Shown here: one piece after another, positions 59,371 to 64,000 of the stretch
Position numbering within the stretch: the first letter of the stretch is position 1
Layout: the number at the start of each line of letters is the position of its first letter
From: Collinsella sp.
Lineage (GTDB): Bacteria; Actinomycetota; Coriobacteriia; Coriobacteriales; Coriobacteriaceae
Length of the DNA stretch: 64,000 nucleotides
Assembly: GCA_048387515.1 (NCBI GenBank)
Contig: DBFMRS010000183.1
Span: 16,314-80,313 of the forward strand
Reading direction: 5' to 3'
The notes under the pieces: model-generated
Told to the model about the DNA's origin: nothing
Database searches by the model: none
What the model saw: only the letters and a program-made list of their open reading frames with translations
Position numbers and translations under genes: made by a program

Positions 59371-59842
59371 TATCGCGCGCGAGGACCGGGCGCAGTCTAC
59401 GGTCGAGGCCGCTTTTTTGCTGCCGACGTTTCTGACGCTCATCCTTCTCGCACTGCAACCGGTGTGCCTGCTCTATACGCGCGCGGTCATGGAGTCTGCC
59501 GCCGCCGAGACCGCGCGGCTCATGACCACGACGACGGCGGAGGACGACGATCTTAAGGAGTTCACCCGCCGCCGGCTTGCCGCAGTGCCCAACGTTTCGA
59601 TCTTTCATGCCGGCGGGCCGTTGTCGTGGGATATCGAGCTTGGCCGGGCCGGTGCGGGTGGCGTCTCGTCCGTGTCCGTTTCCGGCGAGGTCAAGCCGTT
59701 GCCTGTGATCGGTGCGTTTGCGCAGGCTATGGGTGGTACCGCCGAGGGCGGCTACGTTGAGCTCAAGGTCGATGTCTCGTATCAATCGCGTCCCGAATGG
59801 CTGGAGGGAGATTATGATTCGTGGATTGCTGCATGGGATTAA
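59366..59842 (+). CDS. TadE-like pseudopilin (start codon unclear)
   Basis: EDRAQSTVEAAFLLP....AA.E.AR. Confidence 0.8.
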   Translation: MDIAREDRAQSTVEAAFLLPTFLTLILLALQPVCLLYTRAVMESAAAETARLMTTTTAEDDDLKEFTRRRLAAVPNVSIFHAGGPLSWDIELGRAGAGGVSSVSVSGEVKPLPVIGAFAQAMGGTAEGGYVELKVDVSYQSRPEWLEGDYDSWIAAWD

Positions 59843-61967
59843 GCGCTTCTGGTCTAGACGCGTTTTGACACGCCGTCCGAGCTGCCATCGCAAACGAGGC
59901 GGCTTTATGGGTCGAGCCGGTATCGACCTGTTTATCGAAGACGGTGCCTACACCACGCTTTCCTCTGCCGTGGTCATCCTAGCGGTGCTCACGTTGTTGT
60001 TTTCGTCGACCGCGGCGATATGGAGCATGTCGCGCGCGGGGGATACCCAGGTGGCGGCCGATAGCGGCGCGCTGGCGGGTGCCAACGTAGTGTCGTCCTA
60101 TCACACGGCTGCCACGGTGGTTGATGCGAGCATCTTGAGTCTGGGGCTGGCGGGGTTTGCCACGATCGGGACGGGTCTGGTCGCCATCCTCATTCCGGGT
60201 GCCGAGCCGGTTGCCGGCAATATGGTCGACACCGGGATCGAGATCATTAAAACGCGCAACAAGTTTGCCAAAAGCGCATCGGAAGGCTTACAGAAAATCG
60301 AGACGGCTCTGCCGTATCTGATCGCCGCGCGTGCCACGCAGGCGGTGTCGGCGCAGGATACCGATAGTGTGACCTATACCGGTACGGCGCTTGCCGTGCC
60401 CAGGACATCCGAGTCGGACTTCGCTGCGCTCATAGGGTCAGAGATCTCGACCGATACCATTAAAGACACATCAGATGATTTAGAGTGTGCGGCCGAGGAG
60501 CTGCGGAAGGCTTCTGAGGACACGGCGAAGGCTAAAGAGCGTGCTTGGCTGGCGGATTGTGGTGGGTCTGACAAGGGCTCGGTCGGCAGCTGTTCTTGCA
60601 TGTGGGAGCGTGCGAAAAGCCTAACGGATCTCTCCGATGTTCAAAATCCGCATTACTCATCGAGCGTTACGTGGGAGCCCCAAGTTGCCCTTGATCGCGC
60701 GAAGGACTACTACCATTGGCGTCTGACAAATGAGAAGCCCCACGGCTCGAGTGTCGAGATGAAGGCAGAGTCTGCGGCGCGTAAGGCGTTTTATACCTAT
60801 GCGAGCGCGGAGGTCGATCGGGCACATATAACCGAGAACGGAGACAGGGTTTCCTCCTATATTCCGCTGCTGCCGCGCAACTCTGATGAGGTTCGGGCGA
60901 CGGAACTCTATACCGATGCGGTGTGGCCGACGAGCGTGAACGATGACAAGGCGTATCTGCATTACGGGACGACCTGCCCTAACTATAAGAAAGGGACGCC
61001 GAACGGATTTGCTTCGGTTGCCGATTACGATGGACAGGATAAATGCAGCAAATGCCATTTTGGCGTTTTGTCGCTTGGTGCTGTTGCGGCGCCTTCAACC
61101 TCTATCGAAAACGGCTTCGAATATCACTTCGACGAGTTCAAAAAGGCCTTGGAGGAATACGTCAAATGTCGGAACAAAGAGCTTGAGCTCATGCGTCAGA
61201 CCGAGGATGAGGCCAACCGTGCAGGCAATGCGTTTGACCAGGCCATTAAAGCGCTTTCGGGTGAGCGTCCGCGTATCGCGCCGCCCGGTCGCAACGGCGT
61301 GGTTGCCTTTGCGGTTTCGGGTGCCATCTCGAGCCCCGATGAGCTCAACTCTTCGTTTAACACGGCAATCAGGCTTGGCGATCGCGGTGCTATCTCTGCC
61401 GCGGTGCTGGCCCCCGATGAGGCGACGGCGCAAAATAACGTGCTTTCGCGATTTTTCTCGACATTGAAGGAACGCTCGGGCGGCGTTGCCGGCGTGCTCG
61501 ACGGCGTCATGGATGTTTGGGGACGGCTACTCGTGGGATACGGAGACATCCAAGGTTCGGCCGACGAACTTATGGACGAGATGATTAAAGACCTAGGAGG
61601 GGGCGGCGGTGCGTTGGGCTCCATTGCATCGTGGCTCGGCGATACCGTTTCGGCGTCCGTGGCGGCGCTAGGTTTGGAACCGTGCGACTTGCGCCTGCGA
61701 AAGCCGGTGCTGACCGATTCCGCCAACGTCATTAAGAGTCCGGGGTCTGACATTGCGGGTCTCTCTCAAACGCAAGACAAACTGCGAAGTATTCCGTTGG
61801 GCGTGACCGATCCCAAGGCGCTTTGCGAGGCGTTGGAATATCAAGTCGAACGCACCATTAGCGGTACGGTGTTCACACTTGCGGAGATTCCTCTGCCCGG
61901 CGGTGGCTCCATCCCGCTCACCGTCGATGTCGCCACGCTGGTTGGCGCTCTGGGCGGTGGGTCGTAA
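59814..61967 (+). CDS. Large TadG-like pilin-associated protein (alternative start 59907)
   Basis: EDGAYTT + TM + Q.AADSGALAGA Tad motif; central Cys/His-rich domain. Confidence 0.75.
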   Translation: MIRGLLHGIKRFWSRRVLTRRPSCHRKRGGFMGRAGIDLFIEDGAYTTLSSAVVILAVLTLLFSSTAAIWSMSRAGDTQVAADSGALAGANVVSSYHTAATVVDASILSLGLAGFATIGTGLVAILIPGAEPVAGNMVDTGIEIIKTRNKFAKSASEGLQKIETALPYLIAARATQAVSAQDTDSVTYTGTALAVPRTSESDFAALIGSEISTDTIKDTSDDLECAAEELRKASEDTAKAKERAWLADCGGSDKGSVGSCSCMWERAKSLTDLSDVQNPHYSSSVTWEPQVALDRAKDYYHWRLTNEKPHGSSVEMKAESAARKAFYTYASAEVDRAHITENGDRVSSYIPLLPRNSDEVRATELYTDAVWPTSVNDDKAYLHYGTTCPNYKKGTPNGFASVADYDGQDKCSKCHFGVLSLGAVAAPSTSIENGFEYHFDEFKKALEEYVKCRNKELELMRQTEDEANRAGNAFDQAIKALSGERPRIAPPGRNGVVAFAVSGAISSPDELNSSFNTAIRLGDRGAISAAVLAPDEATAQNNVLSRFFSTLKERSGGVAGVLDGVMDVWGRLLVGYGDIQGSADELMDEMIKDLGGGGGALGSIASWLGDTVSASVAALGLEPCDLRLRKPVLTDSANVIKSPGSDIAGLSQTQDKLRSIPLGVTDPKALCEALEYQVERTISGTVFTLAEIPLPGGGSIPLTVDVATLVGALGGGS

Positions 61968-62443
61968 TGAGTATCCGCATGCGTCTGCGCGAGGAGCGCG
62001 CCCAGGCGACGGTTGAGATGGCAGTGGTTACGCCCGTTTTGCTGGTGCTGGCACTCATCGTGTACAACGTCATGATCTTTGCCAGCGCTGTCGCGCGCTT
62101 CGACCGCGTGGTGCCCGACATCGTGTTGGCGCACGCCGTGGCGTCGGAGGGGGAGGGCGACGAAAGCTCTGCCGATGCCTCGGTGACGGTCCAGACTCAA
62201 ATTCTGAATGCCATGGAAGGCTATGACTTGCAGATCGAAGTGTCGAGCGAGCAAGGCGCGGAGGCATCGGATGGTGGCCTGCTCTCCCTATCCGGTACGT
62301 TTAGGACCTACACCTGCACCATGCACTATGAGCCGTGGCCGACTTCTCTCAGCATCGCTGGCGTTTCGCTGGGGGCGCCGACAACGTTGTCGCACGAGTG
62401 CGCGGTGACGGTCGATCCGTGGCGTCCGGGGGTGGTCATGTGA
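61967..62443 (+). CDS. TadE-like pseudopilin
   Basis: EERAQATVEMAVVTPVLL. Confidence 0.82.
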   Translation: MSIRMRLREERAQATVEMAVVTPVLLVLALIVYNVMIFASAVARFDRVVPDIVLAHAVASEGEGDESSADASVTVQTQILNAMEGYDLQIEVSSEQGAEASDGGLLSLSGTFRTYTCTMHYEPWPTSLSIAGVSLGAPTTLSHECAVTVDPWRPGVVM

Positions 62444-62799
62444 CCGCGGTCTCGTCCTACATCGCTTACGCGCGGGCACTCAACAGGCTGGGTTGGACGC
62501 CGGCCGAGTTTGTGGTGGCGGAGTCGTTTGTCGTGCGCCTGCGCGGCATGCTGGGACGGCGTCCGGTTGCCGCCAACGGCCTGCCGCTCGTCATGGCGTT
62601 TCCACGCTGCTCTTCGGTCCATACGTGTTTTATGGCCTATCCCATCGACATCGCCTTCATCGATGCGCGCGGCTATGTCCTCGTATGCTACGAAAACGTA
62701 CGTCCCTGGCGTATGTGCTCCTGCCCCGGCGCCTGGGCCGTACTAGAGCGTCCCTCAATCATTGTTTCGACCCCTGCTCTCCAACGCGTGCCGGCTTAA
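62440..62799 (+). CDS. DUF192-family protein
   Basis: A.SF..RLRGMLGR, FPRCSSVHT.FM.YPIDIAF, PWR, VLE; GTGA coupling. Confidence 0.85.
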   Translation: MTAVSSYIAYARALNRLGWTPAEFVVAESFVVRLRGMLGRRPVAANGLPLVMAFPRCSSVHTCFMAYPIDIAFIDARGYVLVCYENVRPWRMCSCPGAWAVLERPSIIVSTPALQRVPA

Positions 62800-62879
62800 G
62801 AATTAGCGACAGCTGACTTCCGTCATACGAAATTGGGTAAGTTTGGCAGGAGATTGAACAGGTTCGGCAAAGGGGGTCG

Positions 62880-63167
62880 ATGATGGGCAAGGCGTATGCG
62901 ACCGCTAATGGTCAGGTTGTAACGGATGAAATGATTGACGCGTGGTGCGAGTCGTACGAGCGCGGAGAGTTTCCGGATGGCGAACACACCGTTGGTGGAA
63001 TCGTGCATGGACGGCCCCCACTCTCAGGTGAGGGGACGGCAACGCTGTCGGTCAAGATTCCTCTGGGAATGAAGGAGGCCATTCGTCGACTGGCGGCTGC
63101 CGAGGGGATGATGCCAAGTGAGTTTGCCCGTGCGGCTCTGAGTGAAAAACTTCTTGCTGTCGGCTGA
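62880..63167 (+). CDS. Ribbon-helix-helix (CopG-like) protein, antitoxin-like
   Basis: GRPPL....TLSVKIP......I..LA...G...SEF.R.AL. Confidence 0.75.
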   Translation: MMGKAYATANGQVVTDEMIDAWCESYERGEFPDGEHTVGGIVHGRPPLSGEGTATLSVKIPLGMKEAIRRLAAAEGMMPSEFARAALSEKLLAVG

Positions 63168-63290
63168 TGCCTCTGACGTGCCGATTTATAGAACCGAGGC
63201 TGTGCTCAAAAACTTTTTTAAAATTCTCGGTTGACCGGAACGCGTCCTTGGTTATACTAATCAAGCCTTGAAACAAGGCACACCTCAAAT

Positions 63291-63345
<55 letters not shown>

Positions 63346-63363
<18 letters not shown>

Positions 63364-63595
63364 CCTTGAATTGTTTAGGACCTCTGCAAAGGGGTCCTTT
63401 TCTTTTATGCAGCCCCCACATGGAATCGAACCCCGTGAGGGCGCGGAGCTGAGTAAACGCGTAAGCGTTTGCCAGCGTAGCTCGCAAGGCGCGTAAGCGC
63501 CGCAGCGGTCCGTCCGCGCAGCGCGCGGACGCGATTCCCTTCCCCGCCACCTTGAATTGTTTAGGACCTCTGCAAAGGGGTCCTTTTCTTTTATG
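63346..63595 (+). repeat. 64-bp direct repeat (tRNA 3' end plus terminator) enclosing a 122-bp structured insert
   Basis: 63346-63409 identical to 63532-63595. Confidence 0.92.
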
Positions 63596-63844
63596 TAGCG
63601 TCCGCGGAAAACGCATCTCTTTATTGAGGGAAAGAATGGGATGCGCTTTCCGGAGCTTGCTTCCGACGTGCGTGTACATCTCGGCGCACCAGCTCGTACC
63701 CGCCCGTCCCAGACATTCCTTCCGCTTTTGCGCCACTTTACAGACCGTTCGGTCGTCTGCCCGCACGCGTGGGTATACTCAAAACGATACTTTTCCTATG
63801 CAATACGATGCAGGCTCGGCCTGCACGATCCGAAGGGGGCAGTG

Positions 63845-64000
63845 ATGGAGAGGATACTCGGCGTTAATCTCTCTGGCTGGTTTATTCCCGAGCCTTGGGT
63901 GACCCCGTCGCTGTATGCGGCGACCGGTGCATCCAACGCGGCCGAGCTACAGGAGGCCATGGGCACCGCCGCCTATAACGAGTGCATGCGCCGTCATTAC
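63845..64000 (+). CDS. Glycoside hydrolase family 5 (exo-beta-1,3-glucanase-like), 3'-truncated
   Basis: MERILGVNLSGWFIPEPWVTPSLY matches the GVNLG.W...E.W..P.LF pattern. Confidence 0.75.
   Translation, partial: MERILGVNLSGWFIPEPWVTPSLYAATGASNAAELQEAMGTAAYNECMRRHY

Noticed and set aside
62856..62865. GAAC-AG-GTTC as a LexA box
   Set aside because: The spacer is 2 nt instead of 4

Overview
GC-rich Coriobacteriia-type chromosomal window, most like Collinsella (judged from gene content and protein style, not from a database search). From left to right it contains the 3' part of mfd and an extended Amadori-compound (fructosamine/fructoselysine-type) catabolic region with 3 FrlB-like SIS deglycases, a mannose-family PTS, 3 GntR/UTRA regulators and recQ embedded in it. 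Then come an ldh-like gene, metA, hicAB, an M16C peptidase and a small accessory islet at the 3' end of tRNA-Val(GAC). The right half holds glmM, an M32 carboxypeptidase, T-box-controlled pheST, a NikMN-QO ECF transporter, an AbiEi/DUF559-like gene, pyk, a P-type ATPase with a strongly structured leader, rsgA, a Tad/Flp pilus locus, tRNA-Phe(GAA) with a 64-bp 3'-end duplication, and the start of a GH5 gene. The most interesting unexplained signals are non-coding: a two-state, SD-sequestering RNA leader before the P-type ATPase, a dispersed family of long hairpin repeats with compensatory base changes, several long inverted-repeat elements, three distinct GntR operator-like motifs and a NikR-like operator. 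A Cys/His-rich, lower-GC TadG-like pilin is the main coding candidate.
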